64,000 bases of DNA from Nitrospirota bacterium (GTDB taxonomy: Bacteria > Nitrospirota > UBA9217): NCBI GenBank assembly GCA_963749655.1, contig CAVVOB010000028.1, forward strand, positions 64,001 to 128,000, in the 5' to 3' direction. Position numbers and translations under genes: made by a program. Positions 22,599 to 33,985 of this stretch are shown piece by piece. The notes under the pieces were generated by a model. It ran no database searches. It was not told where the DNA came from and saw only the letters and a list, made by a program, of their open reading frames with translations. Every line of letters begins with the position of its first letter. The stretch's first letter is position 1.

Positions 22599-23420
22599 CT
22601 ATTTTTCGTTGAGCGCCAGGAGCGTTTTTTTCATGGTCGCCCGTTCGGACTCCATGGTGTACATCTGTTCGAGCCGGTCGGCCCGCCCATTCCCCCCGCT
22701 CCCGCTGATCCTTTCGTTCATGCTCCGCAGGCGCTCCAGCAGGTCCTCGGTCTCCTGCTGGAACTTCGCCAGCCGTTCGATGACGCGGTCGATCCGCTGA
22801 CGGGTGATGTCCTGGAACTGCATGGATATGATGATGCCGCTGATGTCGCGGGCCAGGGCCTCGTTCTCCGTCTTGAGGGTTTCGAGCTTGTTCTTCGCCC
22901 CGAGCATCATGCCGTCGAGGGCGGCCAGGGCTTCCTCCACGGACCTGCCGGTATCCGGGGACTGCGACCTGCTCTCAGCTGCGCTCTTTTCCGTTTTCTG
23001 CGTGATGGGGCCCATGACCGCTTCTGCGGCGTTCTCGGCCTGTTTGCGGGCGCGATTTGCGATGGCCATGAACTTCTCGCACATGTCGAGCGTCGCCTGC
23101 TCTGTCTGCCGGGTCACTTCCTTCAACTGGTTCGTCAGGACCGGCGTTATCTGCACATTCGAGCTCAGATGCGAAATAAGGGGTCCAATGACTTCACGGA
23201 GGGCGTCGACTTCCCGCTCATGCTCCCGTGCATGGGCCTCTTCGAGGGATTCATGGTATTTCCTGAGGACGATACTGACAAGAAAGAGGGCCGCGCCGCA
23301 GCACAGGACAGCTGCTGCCGCCCGTAATGTCCCGTTGCCGATAAGGGACGGCACCCCCGCCAGCAGCAGCAGGATGCCTATCTTCGTTTTCTCATTCCAT
23401 GCAGTCAACAGTTTCAACAT
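22599..23420 (-). CDS. Membrane-anchored coiled-coil protein with CheZ-like QFQDxxxQ motif
   Basis: Two N-terminal hydrophobic helices; SMQFQDITRQRI; terminal YTMESER; no MCP hairpin. Confidence 0.7.
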   Translation of the reverse strand: MLKLLTAWNEKTKIGILLLLAGVPSLIGNGTLRAAAAVLCCGAALFLVSIVLRKYHESLEEAHAREHEREVDALREVIGPLISHLSSNVQITPVLTNQLKEVTRQTEQATLDMCEKFMAIANRARKQAENAAEAVMGPITQKTEKSAAESRSQSPDTGRSVEEALAALDGMMLGAKNKLETLKTENEALARDISGIIISMQFQDITRQRIDRVIERLAKFQQETEDLLERLRSMNERISGSGGNGRADRLEQMYTMESERATMKKTLLALNEK

Positions 23421-23489
23421 ACGGTTCCCGGTCGATCTGCCCCAATAAGAGATATCATAGCGAAAAAAACTGCATCCCACCCCGTTTAC

Positions 23490-23517
23490 TTATCGGTATA
23501 AAGGGCTCCAAACTTTA
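23490..23517 (-). promoter_or_regulatory. sigma28 (FliA) promoter
   Basis: TAAAG-N15-ACCGATAA upstream of the CheZ-like gene and cheY. Confidence 0.65.
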
Positions 23518-23949
23518 CCGCGAATATGCGCTTTTATGCTGCCTCCCCCAAGATTGCTGAGGCGCAGAAGAGGCATGCAGCGCTATCCGGATCTTTCGGC
23601 TGATGTCCTGAAGTAGTATCTTTTCGCCAGGTCCGCGCCGGCGGCAGCTGCGCAGAGGAGCAGCAAGGGCCTCCGCCTGTTCCGGCTTCTCGTGCTCTGC
23701 GCCGGATGGGGATGCGACATAAAGCACCGGCATGCGGGGATTTCGTTTCCGCAGCGCCTCCAGATGATCCTCGCCGGCCGTGATCGGCAGGCATGCGATC
23801 ACAATATCGACAGCGGCCCCCATCTCAAGGATCGTCTGCATTTCAATGCCATTCGATGCGCCGATGACCTGATAACCTTTCGCCCGCAGGAGCGTCGTCA
23901 GAGGTGCGTCTGCCGGTGCATCCTGTCCGATCACTAATATCGTTTTCAT
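23515..23949 (-). CDS. Degenerate (pseudo-)receiver domain protein
   Basis: REC-like pattern (ILVIG, GYQV..ASNG, DIVIA, PVLY), but the acidic pocket and phospho-Asp are lost; AGGAGG RBS. Confidence 0.6.
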   Translation of the reverse strand: MKTILVIGQDAPADAPLTTLLRAKGYQVIGASNGIEMQTILEMGAAVDIVIACLPITAGEDHLEALRKRNPRMPVLYVASPSGAEHEKPEQAEALAAPLRSCRRRGPGEKILLQDISRKIRIALHASSAPQQSWGRQHKSAYSR

Positions 23950-24083
23950 GGTCCTCCTGCGTCAACTGAATGGTCTCAAAAAAGAAAAACTATCCCTGCC
24001 AAAGCACCTGAGGGATTGAACCAGATTCTTGTTTTTTCAAAAAGGTGATTACAAAGACAGGGCGCTGTACCAGGAAAGATTAC

Positions 24084-24099
24084 TGCAAGAGAAATGCCT
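24084..24099 (-). promoter_or_regulatory. sigma54 promoter of the pseudo-receiver gene
   Basis: AGGCAT-ttctc-TTGCA; IHF-like ATTCAACTTGTTG nearby. Confidence 0.65.
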
Positions 24100-24539
24100 C
24101 TTTAATAATTCTTTATAATTCAACTTGTTGCAATGTAGCTCAATTAAGCATGCGACCGAATATCGTGCAGCAGATAAACCTTATATTATATTAATACATT
24201 GAATTATTTAACTATTAGACAAGGTTACCTCTGGCGCCATTTTTTTGTCACACCAATTACCTTTGCTACAGGCCTTGGCGCCGTTGGACAAAAAGCGGCC
24301 TCAAACAGGGGATTCCCGGTTCTCTGTTCTGGGAAAGAGTGGAAAGGGTCAACAGGCGGAGGACCGCATCAGGCTCTGCGAACAGACTGATGAGACCGGT
24401 TTCGCGTTTTAAGGAGACCGGATTTAAAAGGATTGTCAGGATACAGACATTGACGAGAAATCGGCGGTAAAGTGAGGCTTTCCGGCAGTGCATGGAGCAT
24501 GGCGCAAAGGGGAGAGTCTCTCTCTCTCTGCTCTCTGCG

Positions 24540-26000
<1,461 letters not shown>

Positions 26001-26101
26001 ACCGGACACGCGTTCTTCTGCCGGCCTCGCCACATCCGGCCGCAGACCTGTTCCAGGAGGGATCTGCGCCTGCGGGGGAACGGCAGTGTACTGGCTTGGT
26101 A

Positions 26102-26290
26102 AACATAACAGAATAATGCCATGCTGTCAACACATTGACAGGAGGAGGGCCTGAATCGTACCGCGCCTGAAGACCTGTCTATTAAGTGTCACGTCTATGG
26201 TCAGGAGTACTTCAAGCGTCATTCTTTTGACAGCCTTGAAAGGTGGCTAGTACATTTTTTCAATGAGATGGCTCAGGCATAGTAATTGAA
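26102..26290. promoter_or_regulatory. Divergent control region: sigma70 promoter (-), two GTCA-N6-TGAC boxes, variant sigma54 promoter (+)
   Basis: TTGACA-17-TATGTT (26130-26102); TGTCA-N6-TGACA 26125-26140; CGTCA-N6-TGACA 26217-26232; AGGCAT-agtaa-TTGAA 26275-26290. Confidence 0.6.
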
Positions 26291-26380
26291 GGAACTTGAC
26301 AATGTAATCATGCGGGCAGCCGCAAACTTGGAAGGGCCATAAAAGTCAGGTTGCGGACCCAGCACTTTTTCCTGTAAGGA

Positions 26381-27235
26381 ATGTCAACAATGACTGCCGT
26401 GTCAGCAAAAACGACGCAGTACATCAAAACCATAGCCGTTGCGGGCTGTAAGGGCAGCCTCGTCAAAAACAATCTGACCGCGAACCTCGCCATTGCTCTC
26501 CACAAACTCGGCAAAAAGGTAATGGTTATTGACGGTGATCCGGGCATTTCGAACACTGATGTCCTCCTCCGCCTTGCGCCTCCAAGATACACCATCCAGC
26601 ACCTCCTGAACGGCGGCATAACGCTCGACGAACTCCTTGTCGATGGGCCTTACGGCATTAAGGTCCTCCCCGCGTGCTCCGGCTTCCAGAAACTCACCTG
26701 CCTTGATGAATTCCAACGGCTGAAGATTCTTGAAGCTTTCGACGCATACGACGGGGATATCGACATCCTGTTGATCGACACGGCGGCAGGCCTCTTCTCC
26801 GAGCACATGGCCTTCTTCTGTATTGCGGCCCAGGAGATCCTGGTCGTTACCTCGCCGGACCCTGTCGCGATCGCCGACGCTTGTGCACTTGTCAAAGTCC
26901 TGTATACACGATATCAGGAAAACGATTTTCATGTGCTCGTCGACTCCGCCTCGAGCGCCGATGAAGGCCTGGAGGCATTCCGGCGCCTTTCCCTGGCATC
27001 CGAAACGTTCCTCAACCTTTCACTCGACTATCTCGGGTATCTTCCGTTCGACCCGGCAGTGGAGGAAGCCGCGCGCGCGCAGCGAGCCTTCATTGACATG
27101 TATCCCGACCATGAGGTCTCGAAGCGTATCATGAAAATCGCCCGGGAACTTCAGGGCCGTACGAGCCGGGTCAAGGGTTCGCTTCAATTTTTTATCGGGA
27201 ATCTTCTATCCGCGTCAGCGGAGCCGGGCCGATAA
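26381..27235 (+). CDS. FlhG/FleN (MinD-like) protein with degenerate P-loop
   Basis: Overall FlhG pattern (DILLIDTAAG, VVTSPDP.AIADA, LGYLPFD); Walker A reads GCKGSLVKN rather than SGKGGVGKT. Confidence 0.8.
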   Translation: MSTMTAVSAKTTQYIKTIAVAGCKGSLVKNNLTANLAIALHKLGKKVMVIDGDPGISNTDVLLRLAPPRYTIQHLLNGGITLDELLVDGPYGIKVLPACSGFQKLTCLDEFQRLKILEAFDAYDGDIDILLIDTAAGLFSEHMAFFCIAAQEILVVTSPDPVAIADACALVKVLYTRYQENDFHVLVDSASSADEGLEAFRRLSLASETFLNLSLDYLGYLPFDPAVEEAARAQRAFIDMYPDHEVSKRIMKIARELQGRTSRVKGSLQFFIGNLLSASAEPGR

Positions 27236-27313
27236 AGCCAAAAGGCATTCATCGGCGCCGGGAAACGGTCTGTCGTGTCACGCGGCGGAATCTTCATTTT
27301 CGAGGAGGCGATT

Positions 27314-28063
27314 ATGCTTGAGTGTAAAACAGAATTTACCGAGGAGGAAAAAGAGGAAATAATCAAAGGCAGTCTTTCGTTCATTAAGTACACGGCATAC
27401 CGCCTGGCGCAACGACTCCCTCCGCAGCTCTCCGTCGGCGATCTGATAAGCGTGGGGATCGTGGGGCTCCTGGACGCCCTGCAGCGGTACACCGAAGGGC
27501 GGGTGAAACTCGAAACCTTCGTGGAGCACCGCATCAGGGGGGCCATGCTGGACGAACTGCGTGCCCACGACTGGATGCCGCGCTCACTCAAGACAAAAAT
27601 CGGCCAGATCAGGAAAGCGCACCGGGAACTCGAAGGTGACCTGGGCCGGATGCCGAACGAGGAGGAGATCGCCGGGCGCCTCTCCATTTCTCTCGATGAA
27701 TATTACCGGACTATCCAGAGCGCGAGCAACGCCGTCGTTCTCAGCTTCGAGGACTTCCGCGACCGCATACACGAAGAGAGCGGCATGGATGTGATGGAAA
27801 GCATTGGGGACCCCGACATGAAGACCCCTCTTGAACTGCTGGAGGAGAGCAGCGCGCGCGAAGCGCTTGCTGGCGTCATTGCTCGACTGCCGGAAAAGGA
27901 AAAGCTTGTCCTCTCGCTTTATTACTGGGAGGAGCTGACCATGAAGGAAATCGGCAGGATCATGAACCTGACCGAAGGGCGAGTGTGCCAGCTCCACACC
28001 CAGGCGCTCATCAGGATGAAAACGCACATGGGTTCGCCGGAGGAGTCCCTCCGGAAGTTTTAA
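27314..28063 (+). CDS. fliA: RNA polymerase sigma-28 factor
   Basis: RIRGAMLDELR.DWMPRS; LYYWEELTMKEIG..LTEGRVCQLH; GAGGAGG RBS. Confidence 0.93.
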   Translation: MLECKTEFTEEEKEEIIKGSLSFIKYTAYRLAQRLPPQLSVGDLISVGIVGLLDALQRYTEGRVKLETFVEHRIRGAMLDELRAHDWMPRSLKTKIGQIRKAHRELEGDLGRMPNEEEIAGRLSISLDEYYRTIQSASNAVVLSFEDFRDRIHEESGMDVMESIGDPDMKTPLELLEESSAREALAGVIARLPEKEKLVLSLYYWEELTMKEIGRIMNLTEGRVCQLHTQALIRMKTHMGSPEESLRKF

Positions 28064-28417
28064 CCGCTCCTCAAGCGCGGGATCGGGCGGATGGCCGCGC
28101 TGGCACGCGACTCCGCGGCGCCGCACACCGGAGAAAACGCGGCGTGCGCCGAAACATTTTGCGCCGAGCTGAAGCAGGTTGTCGATATGCGGCGCATCTC
28201 GTGACTGAAAACAGAGCACGGAAGAGCTCGATCGCGGCGAAGCACGCACCATGCATCGCCGATGCCGCCCGGGAGGCTCCGAGACGGGTGCGCCTGCCCG
28301 TCTTGATGACAGAAGACTTCCGGGGTTCGCGCTCGTGCCGGCCGTTTTCCTGTTGTCTTTTTTCCCGCTGCCGCATTACAATATGTATGGCCTGATATCA
28401 CGAGTTGGAGGACTATT

Positions 28418-29251
28418 GTGATTGCAAGAAGACCTCATATCCTCTCCCTTCTGTTTATTTTATCGTTGCTCCTGCTCTTCCCCGCCCTTTCCTCCGCACA
28501 GTCCCTGACCGGAAGCGGCTGCTCCGTAAGCGTTCCGGGCTACCTGAAGGACCTGGCCAGGGCTTACGAGAAGGAAACCGGCGTCGCGGTCCTCGTGCTC
28601 GGCGGAGGCAGCATCAGGGGCCTCCAGGACCTGGCGGAGGGAAGAACGGATTTCGCCGCGTCCTGCCAGTCCAAGACGGCCGAGGACCCGGAGGACTTCG
28701 AATACCTGACGGCGACCTGGGACGCGCTCGTGTTCATCGTGCATAAGGCGAATCCCGTCAATTCGATCTCGCCGCAGCAGGTAAGGGACATCTACGAGGG
28801 CCGGATCAACAACTGGAAACAGCTCGGCGGACGTGACCTGAACCTTATCTCGGTCATCACGACGACCAAGGGCTTCGGCGGCATCGGTGAAGCGCTCGAA
28901 AAATATATCCTCGAAGGAAAACGCCCCCTGCCTCAGAAAAATTCGACCATGCAGGCCTCGTCGGTAGCCATCTGGGAGCAGCTGGTCGAGGACATGCCCG
29001 AAGCGTTCGCCAGCAGCGGTTTCGGCAGCGCCCGCAAACGCAACGTGAAGATGCTGGCGGTGAACGGCGTTTTGCCCACGAAGGCGAACATCATCTCGGG
29101 GAAGTATCCCTTTCGCAGGCCGCTGTTCCTTGTCGTGAAAAAGCACGCCCGTCCCGAGGTAAAAAGATTCGTGGATTTCGTGATGAGCCCGAAGGGCCAG
29201 AAGATCATTTCCTCCCTCGGCATGCCGTCGCTGACAGACATGAAAAGATGA
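28418..29251 (+). CDS. PstS-like periplasmic binding protein with no adjacent permease
   Basis: Signal peptide; GGGSIRG, WDALVFIVHKANPV, YPFRRPL; ATGA-coupled to the kinase. Confidence 0.8.
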   Translation: MIARRPHILSLLFILSLLLLFPALSSAQSLTGSGCSVSVPGYLKDLARAYEKETGVAVLVLGGGSIRGLQDLAEGRTDFAASCQSKTAEDPEDFEYLTATWDALVFIVHKANPVNSISPQQVRDIYEGRINNWKQLGGRDLNLISVITTTKGFGGIGEALEKYILEGKRPLPQKNSTMQASSVAIWEQLVEDMPEAFASSGFGSARKRNVKMLAVNGVLPTKANIISGKYPFRRPLFLVVKKHARPEVKRFVDFVMSPKGQKIISSLGMPSLTDMKR

Positions 29252-31506
29252 GCATATCCCTCAGGACAAAAGTAACGGCGTTCACCGCCGCCATCGTGGT
29301 CACGGCAAGCCTGATGAGCGCCGCCCTTACCATCTCTGCTCAGAAGAAGAGCATCGAGCGGGAGGTCGTGGCGAGGGGCTCGGCCCTGGCCGAGGCGCTC
29401 GCGCGCTCGGTGGACGAAGGGCTCGCCGCGGAAAATCTGAACCTGATCAAGAATGTCGAGGATGTGGTCCACACGAATGACGTCGTCCTTGCGCAGGTAT
29501 TCTCTTCGCTGTGGCTCGGCGTGGCGTCCGTGCCCCAGGAGAAACTGAATACCCTGCCCGATCCCGTTGCGGTGGAGCACTACCGAATCTCGCAAAAAAA
29601 CGAGCACGACATTTTTTCCATCGATACGGGTCCCTTTATCGACGTCTATTCCCCCGTGCTCCTGGAGTCCCATGACGCCCGTATCCCGCCCCTGTTCATC
29701 GGATACGTCCGGCTCTGGGTCTCGACCGCAGAGGTCAGGAAAGCCGTCACCCGTTCGATCATCGTCAATGCGCTGGCAACAGCCCTGCTGACGCTGTTCG
29801 CGGTCATTGCCCTGAACGTTCTTATCGGAAAATACGTTCTGAGGCCGGTGCTCAATCTCCACAATTCCGTGGCCAGACACAAAAAAGGCGAGTTTCCCGC
29901 GACCGTGCCCGTAACAACGGACGACGAGATCGGCGAGCTGTCCGCCGAATTCAATGAAATGAGCCGAACGCTCCAGGAGCGGGAGGAAAAGCTCGCCGAG
30001 GAAAAGGAGCTCCTTTCCGTCACGCTTCGCAGCATCGGCGACGCGGTCATTGTGACCGATGTCGACGGCACGATCACCCTGCTCAACAAGGTGGCCGAGC
30101 AGCTGACGGGCTGGACGTCCGAGGAGGCGGGGGGCAGGCCTCTCGGCGAGGTCTTTCACATCATCAACGAGAAGACGCGCCAGCGCTGCGACCATCCCGT
30201 GCAGAAGGTCATTGCCACCGGCCTCATTTGCGGACTTGCGAACCATACCGCGCTGATCCGGAAGGACGGCGCGGAGAAGATCATCGAGGACAGCGCCGCC
30301 CCGATCCGGGACCGGATGAGCAGGATCGTCGGCGTCGTGCTCGTGTTCCGCGATACGACGGACAAGAAGCGGATGGAGGAGGAGCTGCTCAAAGCGGAAA
30401 AGTTGCAGTCCGTGGGCGTGCTTGCCGGCGGCCTGGCCCACGATTTCAACAACCTTCTGACCGCCATTCTCGGCAACATCAGCATGGCCAGGATGTACAT
30501 CGACTCCCGCAGCAAGGCTTCTCATCGTCTGACCGATGCGGAAGCCGCGTCGCGAAGGGCCACGGAGCTGACCCATCAGCTGCTCACCTTTGCCAAGGGC
30601 GGCGCCCCGGTGAGACAGGCGGTGTCGATCGGGGACATTGTCAGGGAGGCGGCGAACTTTGCGCTTCACGGAACACCCGTTCTGTCGGAGTTCAGTTTGC
30701 CGGAAGGACTCTGGACCGTGGAGGTCGATGCGGGCCAGATGAGCCAGGTCTTCCACAACCTGATCATCAACGCCGTCCAGGCCATGCCGAAAGGCGGCAC
30801 GGTTTTCTTCACGGCGGAAAACGTCGCTCTTGCCGACAACGATGTTCCGACGCTCGATGCGGGAAACTACGTAAGGATCGTTGTCCGTGATACGGGCCCG
30901 GGGATTCCCGAGGAACACCGGCCGCGGATCTTCGAGCCGTATTTCACCACGAAGCAGCAGGGGAGCGGCCTCGGCCTTGCCTCGGTCTACTCGATCGTGA
31001 AGAAGCATGACGGACACATTACCGTCTCTTCCGATCTGTCGTCGGGTACGACGTTCGAAATCTATTTGCCCGCCCTACGGAACGAAGCGGCCTCTCTGCC
31101 CGTGGAGCCCGACCTGGTGACCCGCGGCAGGGGCAAGATCCTCATCATGGACGACGAAAAGATCGTACGTGAATTGTCCGGTGAAATGCTCCGGGCGCTC
31201 GGCTATGACGTGGAATTTGCGGGGAACGGCGCCGAGGCGCTAGAACGCTACCGGCGGGCGCTTGAGGAGAAGAGCCCCTTCCACGCCGTCATCATGGACC
31301 TGACGATACCGGGCGGCATGGGGGGAAAAGAAACTATACAGAAACTCCGGGAGCTCGATCCCGAGGTCAGGGCCATCGTCTCGAGCGGCTACTCCAATGA
31401 CCCGATCATGGCCGAGTACCGGAAGTACGGGTTCCGGGGCGTGATCGTAAAACCCTACAACATCGTCCACTTCAGCAGGACCATCAGCGACGTGCTTGCG
31501 GGGTGA
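29248..31506 (+). CDS. Hybrid sensor kinase (TM-HAMP-PAS-HisKA-HATPase-REC)
   Basis: [38 protein letters not shown]. Confidence 0.93.
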   Translation: MSISLRTKVTAFTAAIVVTASLMSAALTISAQKKSIEREVVARGSALAEALARSVDEGLAAENLNLIKNVEDVVHTNDVVLAQVFSSLWLGVASVPQEKLNTLPDPVAVEHYRISQKNEHDIFSIDTGPFIDVYSPVLLESHDARIPPLFIGYVRLWVSTAEVRKAVTRSIIVNALATALLTLFAVIALNVLIGKYVLRPVLNLHNSVARHKKGEFPATVPVTTDDEIGELSAEFNEMSRTLQEREEKLAEEKELLSVTLRSIGDAVIVTDVDGTITLLNKVAEQLTGWTSEEAGGRPLGEVFHIINEKTRQRCDHPVQKVIATGLICGLANHTALIRKDGAEKIIEDSAAPIRDRMSRIVGVVLVFRDTTDKKRMEEELLKAEKLQSVGVLAGGLAHDFNNLLTAILGNISMARMYIDSRSKASHRLTDAEAASRRATELTHQLLTFAKGGAPVRQAVSIGDIVREAANFALHGTPVLSEFSLPEGLWTVEVDAGQMSQVFHNLIINAVQAMPKGGTVFFTAENVALADNDVPTLDAGNYVRIVVRDTGPGIPEEHRPRIFEPYFTTKQQGSGLGLASVYSIVKKHDGHITVSSDLSSGTTFEIYLPALRNEAASLPVEPDLVTRGRGKILIMDDEKIVRELSGEMLRALGYDVEFAGNGAEALERYRRALEEKSPFHAVIMDLTIPGGMGGKETIQKLRELDPEVRAIVSSGYSNDPIMAEYRKYGFRGVIVKPYNIVHFSRTISDVLAG

Positions 31507-31668
31507 AACTGCCGAATCGGACAGATTTCTCACCGGCTTCCTGCCGCGGGAATGCGTCGCAATCAAAGTTATCCAATCGCTGGAAGACAAAAAAACAGCG
31601 GTGATTTTCCGGATCACCGCTGTTTTGGCTTTTCCTTCTGCACGCGAGGTCTTCACGGGGGAACATTC

Positions 31669-33909
31669 CTACTTCGTCTTCATCACGCACACGCCGTCCC
31701 AGTCCGGGGGCAGGTCGGCATCCCGAAGTTCCTTGATCCGCTCCAGAAAAACATTTGCCGGACCGTCCTGGGGAAGGACCTCGCGGGTCTTTTGAAAATA
31801 GGACTCCGCCGCGTCCCAGTCCCGGCACATGTATGCCTTGAGGCCTGCTTCGAACAGTTCGGCTCCCTCGCGCAGGCTGCCGCCGGCGTCCTTGTGTCCC
31901 ATGAGCTCGTAGATCTTGATCGGGACGTTCTTGCCCTTCACCTTGATGACGTCGAGCTGCCGCAGGATGAATTCCTGCTTGATCTCTTCATAGGTGAACT
32001 TGGGAACGATGATGTGGGTGCCGTATTCCTTGTTCATCCCTTCAAGGCGCGATCCCAGGTTTACCGAATCTCCCATGACCGTGTAATCGAACCGCAAGTG
32101 AGATCCCATATTGCCGACGGTAACGTTTCCCGTCGACAGTCCGATGCCGATGTCGAGCCTGGGTATCCCCCGCTGTTCCCATTCGGCTTGCAGTTCGCGG
32201 AGCCGCGCCATCATTTCCAGCGCTGTTCTTGCCGCCCGGACGGCGTGATCATCCTGCCAGACCGGCGCCCCCCAGAATGCCATGATCGCGTCACCCATGT
32301 ATTTGTCCACCGTTCCTCCGTGCTTGAGAACGATGTCCGTCATGGGGGTCAGGTAATCGTTGATGAGCCTGACGAGGACCTGCGGCTCCAGTCCCTCGGA
32401 GAGGGTCGTGAAGCCGCGGATATCGGAGAAGAAGATCGTCAGCCGGCGCTCCTCGCCGCCGAGCACCAGTTTGGCGGGGTCCTTCATGATGTCCTGCACC
32501 AGCGACGGCGCAACGTACCGGCTGAACGCGTCCTTGATCTCCTTCTTCTTCCGTTCCTCGGTCAGGATGCGATAGGTGGTCACGCCGCCGAACACGATCA
32601 CCATGGTCATGCCCGGATAGATCGCCGTGAGCCAGACCTTCCAGTGGGTAAAGATATACTGGTCGGCGAGGAAATACGCCGCCAGCAGGCTGAGGGTAAA
32701 GAGCGTGGAGACGATCGGCGTCAGACGGGACATGACCGCGGACAGCAGGAGGCCGATCAGGAGGATTGCGGCGACGTCGAACATCACGATCCATTCGGGC
32801 CTGCTCAGGGCGTCGCCCTGGAGGATGGTGTCGATGACGTTCGCGTGGATCTCGACTCCCGGGAACGTCCCCGAAAAGGGGGTGACCCGCATGTCGTAGA
32901 TGCCGATGGCCGTGGCGCCGACCAGCACGATCTTGTCCTTGAGCTTCTCGGCCGGCACCTTGCCGTCTACGACGTCGGCAATGGAATAATGGGGGAAGGT
33001 CTTCTCCGTGCCCCGGAAATTGATGAGCAGCCTGCCCGCCTCATCGGTCGGAATGGACAGCTTGCCGACCTGGATGGACTCGACCCCGTATTCGGCGGCG
33101 TTGATGAAAAGCGGAGGCGATCCGACATACCTGCGGACCGCCTCCAGCGAAAGATGGGGATAGATCTCGCTTCCGTACTGCATGGCGAGAGGCACCCACC
33201 GCACGGTGCCGTCCTCGTCCGGCTGGATGTTGAAGTAGCCGAAGCTCTCCGTGGCCTTTGCCAGCTGCGAGATATTCTGCTCCACGGCCAATGCCTTGGG
33301 CAGCTTTTTCGGCGGCTCGATGCCTGCGTCGAGATACCGTATGGAGGTAAACCGCGAGGGAATGTAATAGCCTGCCTCGTCGCCTGTCCGCTCCTTCCGG
33401 TGCTTGATCTCCTCCTTCGACGGAAGAAAAGAAGTATCCGAGGGTCACGTTCTTGTTCCGGCTGAGCGACGACGCCAGCGACAGCGTCGTTGTCCGATGC
33501 CTTTGCCGCCTCTTCGAGCGCCGCCTTTGCGGCCCGGTCTTTCACCCGTGACTGCAGGTCCCGGAACAGTCCGGCTCCGGAGCTGTGGTCGGGCTCGGAA
33601 AATACGACGTCGAAGGCCACGACCTTTGCGCCGTAGCGGCCCAGCTTGTCGATGAGTTCGGCTATCCTCGTCCGGGGCCAGGGCCATCTCCCGAACCGGT
33701 CAAGGCTTTTTTCGTCAATGCAGACGATCGCCACTTCATTGCCCGGCTGAGGTACCCGCGTCCCGATAGCGAAAATGCAGGTCATAGGCCCGCAACTCCA
33801 TCATGTTCAGGAAAGGGAATCCCGCCTTGTAGATTACGAGGGAGAGGACTGTCAGGAGTAGACCGATCTTGAAGCCCGTCGGCGCGAGCAGGTTTTTCAG
33901 CTTTTTCAT
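31669..33909 (-). CDS. CHASE2-domain class III adenylate cyclase, several frameshifts in the 5' half
   Basis: IDEKSL..GRWPWPR, FDVVFSEPD, PDEDGTVR, PGVEIHAN; FSDIRGFT, DKYMGDA, DYTVMGDSVNLGSRLEG (K/D pair indicates ATP specificity). Confidence 0.9.
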
Positions 33910-33985
33910 GATTGTCTTTGTTGCCATCCTGACGAACGTTTCTCTCAAGGGCCCACGAGGCCGGCCAGCCGTTCCCCCGGCGAGA

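Noticed and set aside
27205-27240. sigma28 promoter before fliA (GCCGATAA)
   Set aside because: No TAAA-like -35 at the correct spacing; the motif overlaps the flhG stop codon
28933-33465. Long antisense ORFs (694 aa at 28933-31017, 637 aa at 31552-33465) and similar ones elsewhere
   Set aside because: Shadow frames of GC-rich genes with clear motifs on the opposite strand; no recognisable domains
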